Shown: positions 55,183-64,000 of the stretch, one piece after another
Position numbering within the stretch: position 1 is the stretch's first letter
How the letters are laid out: each line of letters opens with the position of its first letter
NCBI GenBank assembly: GCA_965219455.1
Contig: OZ244744.1
Location: forward strand, 160,001-224,000
Source: Candidatus Latescibacterota bacterium
GTDB lineage: Bacteria > Latescibacterota > UBA2968 > GCA-2709665
Direction: 5' to 3'
Length of the DNA stretch: 64,000 nucleotides
Program-made: the position numbers and the translations under genes
The notes under the pieces: model-generated
What the model was told of the DNA's origin: nothing
Databases searched by the model: none
Seen by the model: only the letters and a program-made list of their open reading frames with translations

Positions 55183-56235
55183 TTATTTTACCCGCACCGC
55201 CCGCCCGCGACGTACGGACTGGACCTCCTTGAAACAGAGCCGGAGAGCGTCCGCCGCCCGGACCCCGGACAATGCCTCGGCCGGAACCCCTCTCGCCACT
55301 TCATCCACGGCGGCCTGAATCTCCCGGGTAAACGCCACCACCGGGTCTCCCGAACCCAGTCTTGGCTTCCGGACCTTTTTGTCTTCGGTCAGAAGCGTGA
55401 GAGGGGTGGACAGAACCGGCTTATCGCCCAATGTGGCAAACTCGTAAATCAACGTCGCCCTTTCAAGGTAGATTTCGAAACCGTGGGCAAACGCGCGGCC
55501 GGGCTGTGAAATCGCGCCCGAAGCGCAGGTGATGCTCAAGCCCGGCCGGTCGAAGAACCTGTAGCTCGTGCACAAATATTCGGCGTAATGATCGTTAACC
55601 AGCCGACCGGTCGACGATACCTGGTCGGGTACACCGCACAACAGCAGAATATAGTGGGTATCGTGGATGTGCAGATCCACACCCGGCCCTCCGCTCCGTT
55701 CGACGTCGCTGAATTCCGATGACCAGTCGGGTTGGGAGATAATCCGCTTGAAATGCGCGCCCAGAAGCGCTCCGTACTCCCCGCCCTCCACGACCTTCCG
55801 GGCATATGCGAATTCCGGAAAAAACGGCAACACCTGCGCCACCATCAGCGAACGCCCGTAATTTCCCGCCTCCTGAACCATCCGGTCCGCGTCCTTCGGT
55901 TTCAGCGCAATCGGCTTCTCGAGCAACACATGCTTTCCCGCCCGCAGGGCCGCTATGGTCACGTCCCGATGCATCGCCGAGGGCAGGCAGATATTCACAA
56001 GGTCGATTCCAGGATCGGCCAGCAGATCGTCGACCTTCCGGTACGTCCGTATTCCGGACAGATCTTCGATACCTCCGGGTTCCCCGAAATTCCCATGAAT
56101 CCCCCGCCAATCCCCCCTCAGTTTCTTTTCGTCCCGCGTACAGATGGCCGTCACCTTCCCGCCCTTCACTCTTCGGGCGCCGCGATAGTGGGTCATCCCC
56201 ATAAATCCGATGCCGATAATGCCAATGTGTACCAT
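55183..56235 (-). CDS. Gfo/Idh/MocA family oxidoreductase
   Basis: IGIIGIGFMG, AGKHVLLEKPIA, DLHIHD. Confidence 0.92.
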   Translation of the reverse strand: MVHIGIIGIGFMGMTHYRGARRVKGGKVTAICTRDEKKLRGDWRGIHGNFGEPGGIEDLSGIRTYRKVDDLLADPGIDLVNICLPSAMHRDVTIAALRAGKHVLLEKPIALKPKDADRMVQEAGNYGRSLMVAQVLPFFPEFAYARKVVEGGEYGALLGAHFKRIISQPDWSSEFSDVERSGGPGVDLHIHDTHYILLLCGVPDQVSSTGRLVNDHYAEYLCTSYRFFDRPGLSITCASGAISQPGRAFAHGFEIYLERATLIYEFATLGDKPVLSTPLTLLTEDKKVRKPRLGSGDPVVAFTREIQAAVDEVARGVPAEALSGVRAADALRLCFKEVQSVRRGRAVRVK

Positions 56236-56870
56236 AGCGACCCTTCCATTGAAATTCAACGACCGTCCGCAAAACGGACGGCCTGGCGCCCGATCCCGCT
56301 ATTGATTACACGATAACGTGCGCTTGTCGCGATCCTGGCGCCGTCTTGCCCTCATATTTCAGCACAGGCTGGCGCCCGCAAATGCGATATATATTGTCAA
56401 TATAGGCTGAATGGAAAGACGCTGCAAGCGGAAATGGATCGACCGGAATGAGGTCTTCGTTGCATGCGCTGCCCACGTTTGCACCAAGGCATTTCAGCTT
56501 ATTTCGGCGCGTCCCGGCAGTCCGACAAACCGGATTGACCGGGCACTTTCCCACCCGCAAAGCCCTTGCTGCCAGGGCCTGTAAACATCCGGGCGCCAGG
56601 TGATTCCGGCCAATTGCGCATGGATGTCCGTCTTTCGTGGCTTCCGGGCATACAGCCGCTGGCATACGCCTTGCCGCGCAGCCCGGCGGAGTTCCGGAAG
56701 GGTAAAATCGCCCTTGATATGGCGGTAGTTTTCGGTTATTGTTAAGCGATTCGACGCAATTTGCGTCGAATCGGGGAGGCCCGGGCCTGAAACCCCGGCG
56801 ACGTCACGGCATCTAACGCATAAATTACATTGCACTTATTCCCGCGCAGTCCAGCGAAGAGATTTTACCC

Positions 56871-57407
56871 ATGAAATTGAATCGCGTATTGTTTATTATA
56901 TTCTTTGCGATCGCCCTCGGCGACGTTTCCACACATGCCGCCACCGCACCCGACTTCAACCTCCGGAACCTGCAGGGCGAACGGGTCAACCTCAAGACCC
57001 TGCTGGCAAAGGGACCGGTGCTTCTGGATTTCTGGGCGACTTATTGCAAGCCCTGCGTCAAGGCGATGCCCAAGCTTCAGAAGATTCACGAGAAATACGG
57101 CAAATCCGGACTCACGGTTCTTGGCGTCAACGTGGACGGGCCGCGCGGACAGAACCGAGTGAAACCCTTTCTCCGGGCGCGAAAGGTCAGCTTCCCAATC
57201 GCACTCGACTCCGACAGCGCCGTGATGCGGCGGATGCAGGTCAATGTCCTGCCAACCACGCTGTTGATCACGCAGAATGGCAAGATCGCGCTCAGGCAGG
57301 TCGGATACAATTCGAAACATGCCGATGCGTTGTTGGCCGCAGTAGAGTCGCTCTTTTCCAAGCCCGGAGACGACGAGGCAAACGCCGATGCGCGTGCCGA
57401 TAAATAG
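56871..57407 (+). CDS. Exported TlpA/ResA-like thiol-disulfide oxidoreductase
   Basis: Signal peptide; APDFNL, LLDFWATYCKPC, cis-Pro motif VLPTT. Confidence 0.92.
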   Translation: MKLNRVLFIIFFAIALGDVSTHAATAPDFNLRNLQGERVNLKTLLAKGPVLLDFWATYCKPCVKAMPKLQKIHEKYGKSGLTVLGVNVDGPRGQNRVKPFLRARKVSFPIALDSDSAVMRRMQVNVLPTTLLITQNGKIALRQVGYNSKHADALLAAVESLFSKPGDDEANADARADK

Positions 57408-58971
57408 ACTGGCGACGCTTTTTCTTGTCCTTATGGCCGACCGCGCCGCAGCACAGGTTACAGCTTCCAGCCTGACCGAACTGCAGCGCGGGCGGGTACC
57501 GGGCGTGGATTCGCTTGCGGTTTCCAACCTTTACGAACAGTTTGATGTCGACTACATCCAGCACGGGATCCAGGCCGGTTTCCGGGCCGAAATTTTCAAC
57601 ACATGGCGCAACATCGGTCCCGGCTCGCGCCTGTCGCAGGTTGAATACCGAGTGGTTCATATTGCCCAGAAGCACCTGCGATGGACAAACGGACCCACCG
57701 AACTGGTTACGGGCAACTACTACGCCATCCTGGGCCGGGGAATCACGCTCAGGGCCTTCGATCTCCCGGGGGTAATACTGGAGAGCGCTCAATACCGGCG
57801 TCGCTATTCGCCATCGCGAGACCTGGAGGGCGGCATGGCCACCTGGGCGGGGCCTCGGGCCGAGGCAAAAGCCCTGATCGGGCGACCCGTATTGAGTGAC
57901 GTTCCGCCTGCGGTGCGGGTGGGTAATCCGCTTCGTGATGTACCGCGACGTGACAACTGGCTTCTCGGAGGCGAAGTCTCGCTGCGGCCTCACAAGCAGA
58001 TCAAGACCGGTGTCACGGCCGTCAGCCATCACGCCTCAAGGTTTGACTCCACCCGAACGTGGTCGGGTTTTCTGGAACTCGACATCACCCCCGCAATTGA
58101 ATCATCCGGCCTTACGGACGCGTTTGCAACCATCTACGCAGAATACGCCGGACTGAATGACGTGCACGTGGAGGGAAGCGCACTCTATATTTCGGCCAAC
58201 GCCGGCATTTCCAACCTGGGCTTGAGCCTGGAATACAAGGATTACGAGAAATTCGCCTTCAATTTCAACGATCCACCATCCCTGGTTCGCGAACACTCGG
58301 CCGTCCTGCTCAACCGGGCCACCCATGCCCTGATTGCCGATACGGAAAAAGGCTATCAGGCGGAAGCCACCTATTCTATTTTCGACCTGGGCACGCTGAC
58401 GGTAAATATAAGCAAGGGTGAGAACGAACTGGCGCCCGGCTTCGCAACCACCTTCAATGAGCGGTATTTCGGCGTGGACATCGACCCCCCGTCTGGTGAT
58501 CGGGGCCGCGCGATATCTACCAACCTGTTCGTCGATTGGGGAAAAAACGAACTGAAGGGGATCCGGAAGCACAGAATCGCTGGCGCGGGAATCGAATCCA
58601 TCACACCCGGCGGATCTGTCGCGGGCTTGGATTTTCAGGTCCGTCGCGCGGCCAGGCTGCCTCGAAATGAGCCGGCGTTTTGGGACGTCTTTACCCAGTT
58701 TTCCTACCAGCATCTCTCGGGCGTGGGTACCGCCCTCGTTCTTGATCGCACCAACGATCCGTTCGAGGTTGACGATGGCGCAACGCCGGACCGGATCGAG
58801 ACCGGGACGCGCACCTGGCTGGCGGTCAATCTCAACGTCGGCTTTCTCGAACGATACGAGGCCCTTATATTCGCCGGCCGCAGGCGAGGCGGCGCCGCGT
58901 GTACTTCGGGTACATGTTATCAGGTGCTGCCATTCAACGGCCTTGAAATGCGTTTCAAAACCCATTTCTGA
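57388..58971 (+). CDS. Probable outer-membrane beta-barrel protein (DUF6029-like)
   Basis: Signal peptide (AAA-Q); GNYYAILGRGITLR, EYKDY, alternating beta-strand pattern, C-terminal RRGGAACTSGTCYQVLPFNG..KTHF ending in Phe. Confidence 0.72.
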   Translation: MRVPINRLATLFLVLMADRAAAQVTASSLTELQRGRVPGVDSLAVSNLYEQFDVDYIQHGIQAGFRAEIFNTWRNIGPGSRLSQVEYRVVHIAQKHLRWTNGPTELVTGNYYAILGRGITLRAFDLPGVILESAQYRRRYSPSRDLEGGMATWAGPRAEAKALIGRPVLSDVPPAVRVGNPLRDVPRRDNWLLGGEVSLRPHKQIKTGVTAVSHHASRFDSTRTWSGFLELDITPAIESSGLTDAFATIYAEYAGLNDVHVEGSALYISANAGISNLGLSLEYKDYEKFAFNFNDPPSLVREHSAVLLNRATHALIADTEKGYQAEATYSIFDLGTLTVNISKGENELAPGFATTFNERYFGVDIDPPSGDRGRAISTNLFVDWGKNELKGIRKHRIAGAGIESITPGGSVAGLDFQVRRAARLPRNEPAFWDVFTQFSYQHLSGVGTALVLDRTNDPFEVDDGATPDRIETGTRTWLAVNLNVGFLERYEALIFAGRRRGGAACTSGTCYQVLPFNGLEMRFKTHF

Positions 58972-59005
58972 CGCAGACCACACACACTCTCAAGGGAGGA
59001 TTGCC

Positions 59006-59986
59006 ATGAGTCGAATCACTACGTGCGTCTTGTTCCTGCTGGTTCTGGGACTCTACCCCTTTGTACCCGCGCAAGCGCAGGGCGTCGATGACGCGGTACC
59101 GACGTTCTCGCTTACCGGGCTGGATGGGAAGACCTACGCCTCGGCGACCTACAAGGGCAGTGTCCTGGTCCTCTATTACCTGGGCCATAACTGACCCACG
59201 TGCCGGGCGGCGGGTCCGTCCATAGAACAGCAGATCTGGAAGGCGTTCCAGGATGACGGCTTAGCGGTCCTGGGACTTGACATCTACAATGGCAGTCAGG
59301 CTCAACTTAAGGATTTTCAGGCAGTGTCCACGATCACGTTTCCCCTCCTGCTGCAGGCAAGCAATATAAGGGGATCTCACGGGACCCACACTTTGCTGGT
59401 CGCGGACCGGGAAGGAATCGTCCGTCACATCGGGCGTGGCGCTTCCGGTCTCAGCGCCGCGGCCGAGAGCATCCGACAATTACTGACCGTTCCGCCGCCG
59501 GCGATCAATCTTCCGAATACGTCACTCGAATTTGGCGAGGACGTTCCAGCCGGAGAATCCAGAACGCTCACCCTGGTCGTGCAGAATACAGGGGGGGAAG
59601 CCCTCAATATCAGCGACATTCAATCCGATCTCGAGGGGATCTCCATTGATACAACCGAGCTGTTGGTTGCGGCGGGAGACAGCGCGAAGGTCGAAATCAC
59701 CTTCACCCCCACAGAAACCGGCCCCTTCTCCGGCACCCTGACCATTCTGAGCAACGACCCGGAAAACGGCAGCATTATCGTCTCGTTCTCCGGAACGGCC
59801 ATCGTCATCTACGGCGACGCCCGGGCGGATTTCGACGGTGACGGGGAAATCGGATTCAGTGACTTCGTCGCCTTTGCCCAGGCCTTCAACACCGACAACG
59901 CTACCTTCGACCTGAGCGGGAACGGTCTGGTCGACTTCCCGGACTTTCTGGAATTCGCGAAAAACTTCGGCAAACGCCTGCCCTGA
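59006..59986 (+). CDS. Predicted selenoprotein: exported redoxin (UxxC) + Ig-like + dockerin/EF-hand-like domain, 326 aa, Sec63
   Basis: GGGAGG RBS and ATG 59006; in-frame TGA at 59192-59194 in LYYLGHN-U-PTC; the frame stays open into the 59324..59986 ORF and completes the thioredoxin fold. Confidence 0.85.
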
Positions 59987-60004
59987 GTTCCGCCGGACTA
60001 TTCA

Positions 60005-60040
60005 CGAAAAAGCCACGCCGAATAAAGCGTGTCTTTTTCG
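60005..60040 (+). terminator. Probable terminator after the redoxin operon
   Basis: CGAAAAAGCCACGC...GCGTGTCTTTTTCG imperfect hairpin with T tract. Confidence 0.55.
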
Positions 60041-60048
60041 TTCCCTAG

Positions 60049-61932
60049 CCCTAAAATAAGCGAGTATCGTGTGCGCCACAGTGATTTGTGTTTGTGTTGA
60101 GGCGTTGGTGTCGATTTATATGGAATTGGCGTTTTGGATGGTTTTTAGGGCCGTGTTTGTCGTGGTCGCTATGGTAAATTGAGTATCCGAAGTGGCGTTG
60201 AGACGCGTGGTGGACACACCGGTCCGTTGAGGGGTGTGGGGATGGCGCCGCGTTTGTGTGTCATCGGTGGTGCTGCATTGGTGTTATCCAAATCCGGTGC
60301 GTTCAATGATACGCCAGGTGCTGAAGAGGCGATCGAGGGTGGGTTGATAGCCGATGAGCCGTAACGTGGTGGTGCGCGCGCGTTGGATGACGTGGCAGGG
60401 AATCAAGATAATGCTGTGGATGAAGCGCCGGAATTCCATGCAGACGTACTGCTGTCGATCACGGTGTCTGTGCATCATCATGGCAAACCAGGATTTGAGG
60501 TTCCAGGCCAGGGCGGCGATGACCATATAGGCCCAGTTGCTGACCAGGTCATACAGGGGCACGCGCAAGGCGTTGACGCCGTTTTTGAGTTGCTCGATGA
60601 CGTTCTCCTGATCGCAGCGTTGGTTGGCGCAGGCGACGATCTCTTGGGGGGTCACGTCCGTGCGTGTCGTGATATAGAAGAAATAACGGCATTCGTCGAA
60701 CAGGACAAGGTCGCCCTTCATTTTGCTGATGTTCTTGCGCAGGACCACGACGCGATACCCACGTTTACAGCGCGTGGGTTGGTAGTTGAACTCGGCCACG
60801 TGTTCGTGGTTCAGCACCAGGTTGGCGTAGGCCCGCTTGTGGACGATGCGCTGTTTCTCGTGGGGCTGATTGCGCTTCCGCTTCTGGTCGGTCACGGTGT
60901 GATAACGGGGTTTGCGTTGCAGGGGCTGCCATTGTGCCTCGTCGAGGGCCTCGGCACGGGAACGCATCGCCGCGTTGGCGTCCATCCCGAAGATGAAGTC
61001 GACGCTTTTGGCCCAGCGATCAAGATGTCGAGTCAAGAAAAAGTCGGTGTCGCCACGCACACAGATGCGCTTGGCGTGGGGCTGCACCAGCGCCAAGGCG
61101 TCGTCGATCCAGGGTGCCGCACCGGTGTGGCTGGGCACATTCCCCGGTCGGTTGACCAGGAAGAGCACTTCCTTCGTGTTGGAAAGTGAGATCACCAGCG
61201 GATGGTAGCCCCAGATGCCCTGGTAAGAGATGTCCATACCCCTCTTGCGCTTGCCATACGTGGGCACGTTTGTGCCGTCCACATCGATATAGGTGATGTC
61301 ACCAAGCAATTTGCGGCCACGCGATGCCCACAAGGAGGATCGCACCGCGTTGATGCACGCCATCAGTTCGACGATGTCCCGTTCCGAGAAGCGTCGGCAA
61401 AAGTCACCCGCCGTGGTCGGATCGGGAATCAACTTGGCGCCCAGGGCATTCATGTAGGCCCCGTCACTTCGCAAACGCTCGATATCCTCCAGGCGCGTGC
61501 CGCCGCATAACACGTTGTATGTGATGTTTAGTACGTGGTCCGACTCATGATAGGGCAGATGCACCTTCAACAAGGACAGTGACGCGTCGATGCGCTTGGG
61601 CAGACCCAGCTTGGTGACCAGGCGATGCACGGCGCCGATGCCTCCGTAACTCATCGCGTCGGTGTAGGCGCCTACCTCGTAGTGCACTTTGCCAGGACTG
61701 AACATGGGCCGGCGCTGGGCCTGCCAATGCCCCGCTCGACCGTGGCGGGCGGCCACTTTGCGTTTGCGACGAGCACGATTCCTGCGGCTGTCATCAACCG
61801 ATATTCTTTTCACCGGAAAGGTCTCCTGCGTTGGAGTGATGATTTCTAGCACAATCCATCTATCTCCAACAACGGTAGGCCTTTCCGGTCTCTTGGACCA
61901 GAAAAATTTCACTGGTCACGCTTGTTTAAGGC
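60049..61932 (-). mobile_element. IS1380-family insertion sequence (about 1884 bp)
   Basis: Imperfect TIRs CCCTAAAATAAGCG / CGCTTGTTTAAGGC, CTAG on both flanks (60045-60048, 61933-61936), single transposase gene. Confidence 0.85.
60284..61813 (-). CDS. IS1380-family DDE transposase
   Basis: IPDPTTAGDFCRRF, IDVDGT, GYHPL, RPGN, VRGD, RCDQENVIEQLK; GTG 61813 after AGGAGA preferred over 61912. Confidence 0.9.
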   Translation of the reverse strand: MKRISVDDSRRNRARRKRKVAARHGRAGHWQAQRRPMFSPGKVHYEVGAYTDAMSYGGIGAVHRLVTKLGLPKRIDASLSLLKVHLPYHESDHVLNITYNVLCGGTRLEDIERLRSDGAYMNALGAKLIPDPTTAGDFCRRFSERDIVELMACINAVRSSLWASRGRKLLGDITYIDVDGTNVPTYGKRKRGMDISYQGIWGYHPLVISLSNTKEVLFLVNRPGNVPSHTGAAPWIDDALALVQPHAKRICVRGDTDFFLTRHLDRWAKSVDFIFGMDANAAMRSRAEALDEAQWQPLQRKPRYHTVTDQKRKRNQPHEKQRIVHKRAYANLVLNHEHVAEFNYQPTRCKRGYRVVVLRKNISKMKGDLVLFDECRYFFYITTRTDVTPQEIVACANQRCDQENVIEQLKNGVNALRVPLYDLVSNWAYMVIAALAWNLKSWFAMMMHRHRDRQQYVCMEFRRFIHSIILIPCHVIQRARTTTLRLIGYQPTLDRLFSTWRIIERTGFG

Positions 61933-62220
61933 CTAGCTTGAGTGACATTGGTCGTCCATCTTCTATCCGGCACGGCTGAACAGGTACCAATCGAAGGCTC
62001 GATTCAATATTCCGAGTCCGGTTTTTCAGAAACCGAACCGATTTATCCAGCGTCTAATAATACAGATAGACAATACACCATCCCAATTCCAGACTCTTAG
62101 CCCGGGGTGACCGGGAACTCTGCGCCGGGCAGAGGGGCAGAAGACGTTCACGGTGGATTGCGTCGTAAAAACAGCGAAGCCCACTGCTCCATTGTTTCTG
62201 CAAATTCAGGATTTCCACCC

Positions 62221-63645
62221 ATGGAACCTCACACCGGACCCAATTCCGGTACACGTGACCTGCTTCCGGCCGTGCGTTCATACATTGACCGGCACGAAAT
62301 GATCCGGCCCGGCGACGGGATCGTGATCGGCGTATCGGGAGGTCAGGACTCGGTATCGCTGCTGGATGTGCTATACCGGCTTCGGAAGCCTCTCGATATC
62401 ACGCTCTACGTCGCCCACCTCAACCATCAACTCAGGGGCCCGGCGTCCGATGAGGACCAACAATTCGTAACGGATCTCGCCGCCTCTATGGATCTGCCGT
62501 GCTTCTCCGAAAAAGCAGTCCTGCCCGAACGGGGCTCTCCTGAAGGGGCGGCCCGAGAAGCGCGCTTCGGATTCCTCAAACGGGTAATACGCGTGACCAG
62601 CGCTTCCCTGATCGCAATGGGCCATACCCGCAGCGATCAGGCCGAAACCGTATTGATGCGCTTGATTCGCGGCGCAGGTCCAACCGGACTCGGGGCGATC
62701 CGCCCGATCCGTGATGGCCTCTGGATCCGCCCCCTCCTGGCGGTCTCGCGACAACAGATACAGGCTTATGTCGAACACCGAAACCTGCAGGTGCGCCACG
62801 ACAATACCAACGCCGACACGCGCTTCCTTCGGAACCGGATCCGGCATCATCTCCTGCCCGAGATCGCGTCAGATTACAACCCCGCAATCGAAGCGGCCCT
62901 GGCCAGGTCCGCGGTAATCATCCAGGGGGAGGATCAACTGCTCGGTCAGCTGGCTGAATCGGCTTACCGAAAGGCCCTGCGTTACGAAGGCAGACGAAAA
63001 ATAATCCTTGATGAAAACGCCGTTTTCGGTTATCATATAGCACTTCAACGCCGAATCTACAAAACGGCTTTTTTTCGGCTTCGTGGCTGCGCGCGGGCGT
63101 TTGATGAGCAGAGCGTCAGTCGCATGGAAACCCTGCGTCTGACACCTGCAGGCGCGGTTCAGGTGTCTTCCGATATCTCTATTCATCGTTCGAGCCCATG
63201 GCTGATTCTTAGTCGGCCAACGCCGTCGTTTGAGACCGAAGTCGCCGTTCCGGGCGTCACCTCAATACCGGAGATCGACGCGGTTCTGGAGACGAGCATC
63301 CGGCCTGCCGGCCAGATGCGAAAGCACGATCTATCGTCCGATCCACATCGCGCCTGCTTCGACTGGGACGCGCTTCCCGGCGGTCTGACCCTGAGGAATC
63401 GGCGCACGGCGGATCGTTTCAGACCTTTCGGCCTGAACGGAACACAAAAGATAAGCGACCTGTTTATCAACCTCAAGATTCCCAGGCCGCTGCGTGACGA
63501 AATTCCCCTGCTCTTGGGCGGACAGGCCATCCTCTGGGTGGTCGGCTTGCGTACGGCCCAGTCCACGGCCGTCACGCATCGGGCGAAGACGGTGCTGGAC
63601 GTCACCTTCAAGGGTGGTTGGGGAGGCGTTATCGCCTCCTCTTAA
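62221..63645 (+). CDS. tilS: tRNA(Ile)-lysidine synthase
   Basis: VSGGQDS PP-loop, HLNHQLR, AAREAR, GHTRSDQAET, IRPLL, RNRIRH, C-terminal TilS_C domain. Confidence 0.95.
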   Translation: MEPHTGPNSGTRDLLPAVRSYIDRHEMIRPGDGIVIGVSGGQDSVSLLDVLYRLRKPLDITLYVAHLNHQLRGPASDEDQQFVTDLAASMDLPCFSEKAVLPERGSPEGAAREARFGFLKRVIRVTSASLIAMGHTRSDQAETVLMRLIRGAGPTGLGAIRPIRDGLWIRPLLAVSRQQIQAYVEHRNLQVRHDNTNADTRFLRNRIRHHLLPEIASDYNPAIEAALARSAVIIQGEDQLLGQLAESAYRKALRYEGRRKIILDENAVFGYHIALQRRIYKTAFFRLRGCARAFDEQSVSRMETLRLTPAGAVQVSSDISIHRSSPWLILSRPTPSFETEVAVPGVTSIPEIDAVLETSIRPAGQMRKHDLSSDPHRACFDWDALPGGLTLRNRRTADRFRPFGLNGTQKISDLFINLKIPRPLRDEIPLLLGGQAILWVVGLRTAQSTAVTHRAKTVLDVTFKGGWGGVIASS

Positions 63646-63668
63646 GCATTATTGTTAAGGCGGTTTTC

Positions 63669-64000
63669 ATGGCGGAACGTAAAGACCAGGAAGAAACTCC
63701 GGCTGCGGAGCAGAAGGAACAGACGCCGCCCGTACCGGAGTTGAAACCCGAGTCTGACGTCAACCCGGAAGCGTCGGAGGCCCCGCGGAACCAACCTCGG
63801 CCACGGTCCAACCGGGAACCCGGGTCAAACCCCGAAAACGACGGCCGCGAGTGGCGGCGACGCTCAAAAACGCTTGCATTCTGGGTCTTTTTTGTACTGG
63901 TCGCCCTCTTCGCAACCCGGTTTTTCGGGAGCAGTACCGGCTCCGGCGACGTCGTCCTCAGTTACAAGGAATACCGTACCCTGATGAAACAGGGCAAGAT
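63669..64000 (+). CDS. ftsH: Probable FtsH N-terminus (truncated by the window edge)
   Basis: Open frame MAERKDQ...KTLAFWVFFVLVALF (TM)...VLSYKEY..LMKQGK; typical position after tilS. Confidence 0.7.
   Translation, partial: MAERKDQEETPAAEQKEQTPPVPELKPESDVNPEASEAPRNQPRPRSNREPGSNPENDGREWRRRSKTLAFWVFFVLVALFATRFFGSSTGSGDVVLSYKEYRTLMKQGK

Noticed and set aside
56400-56510. c-di-AMP (ydaO) riboswitch suggested by GCTGAAT...CAGCT
   Set aside because: The core GGAAC/GGGGGA and GGGTGAAT elements are not found.
59192-59194. Genome-wide UGA reassignment or simple pseudogene as explanation of the in-frame TGA
   Set aside because: UGA is a normal stop in hup, prfA, xth and tatD, and Trp is encoded by TGG. 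The exact CxxC position favours Sec over a random nonsense mutation, though that is not formally excluded.
58667-59986. ORF-track entries 58667..59194 and 59324..59986 as separate genes
   Set aside because: They are in the same frame with an open link between them. The first overlaps the barrel gene and its real start is 59006; the second begins mid-domain.

Overview
GC-rich bacterial chromosome segment. The 16S sequence and gene content suggest an uncultured FCB-group lineage, possibly Latescibacterota-like; this is inference and was not computed. Most of the window is housekeeping: hup, rho, rpmE, prfA-prmC, secDF, PBP1A, valS, recO, a pro/his/ilvE/rsmA/tatD/metG/holB/rimI/tsaB/ruvCAB/yebC run, an EF-G paralogue, a complete 16S-tRNAIle-tRNAAla-23S-5S operon, tilS and the start of ftsH. 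Accessory content: a sensor kinase and sigma-54 activator upstream of a PTS-IIA/alternative sigma-70 operon, two heparinase II/III-like lyases, a class IIC group II intron, an IS1380 element and two MITE families. The most notable signal is a gene that the ORF track splits in two: 59006..59986 reads through an in-frame UGA in a U-P-T-C motif. It gives a predicted exported selenoprotein (thioredoxin fold + Ig-like + dockerin/EF-hand-like tail). It is the last gene of a three-gene unit with a TlpA-like CxxC redoxin and a Cys-pair outer-membrane beta-barrel, which may form a trans-envelope thiol/selenol redox system.
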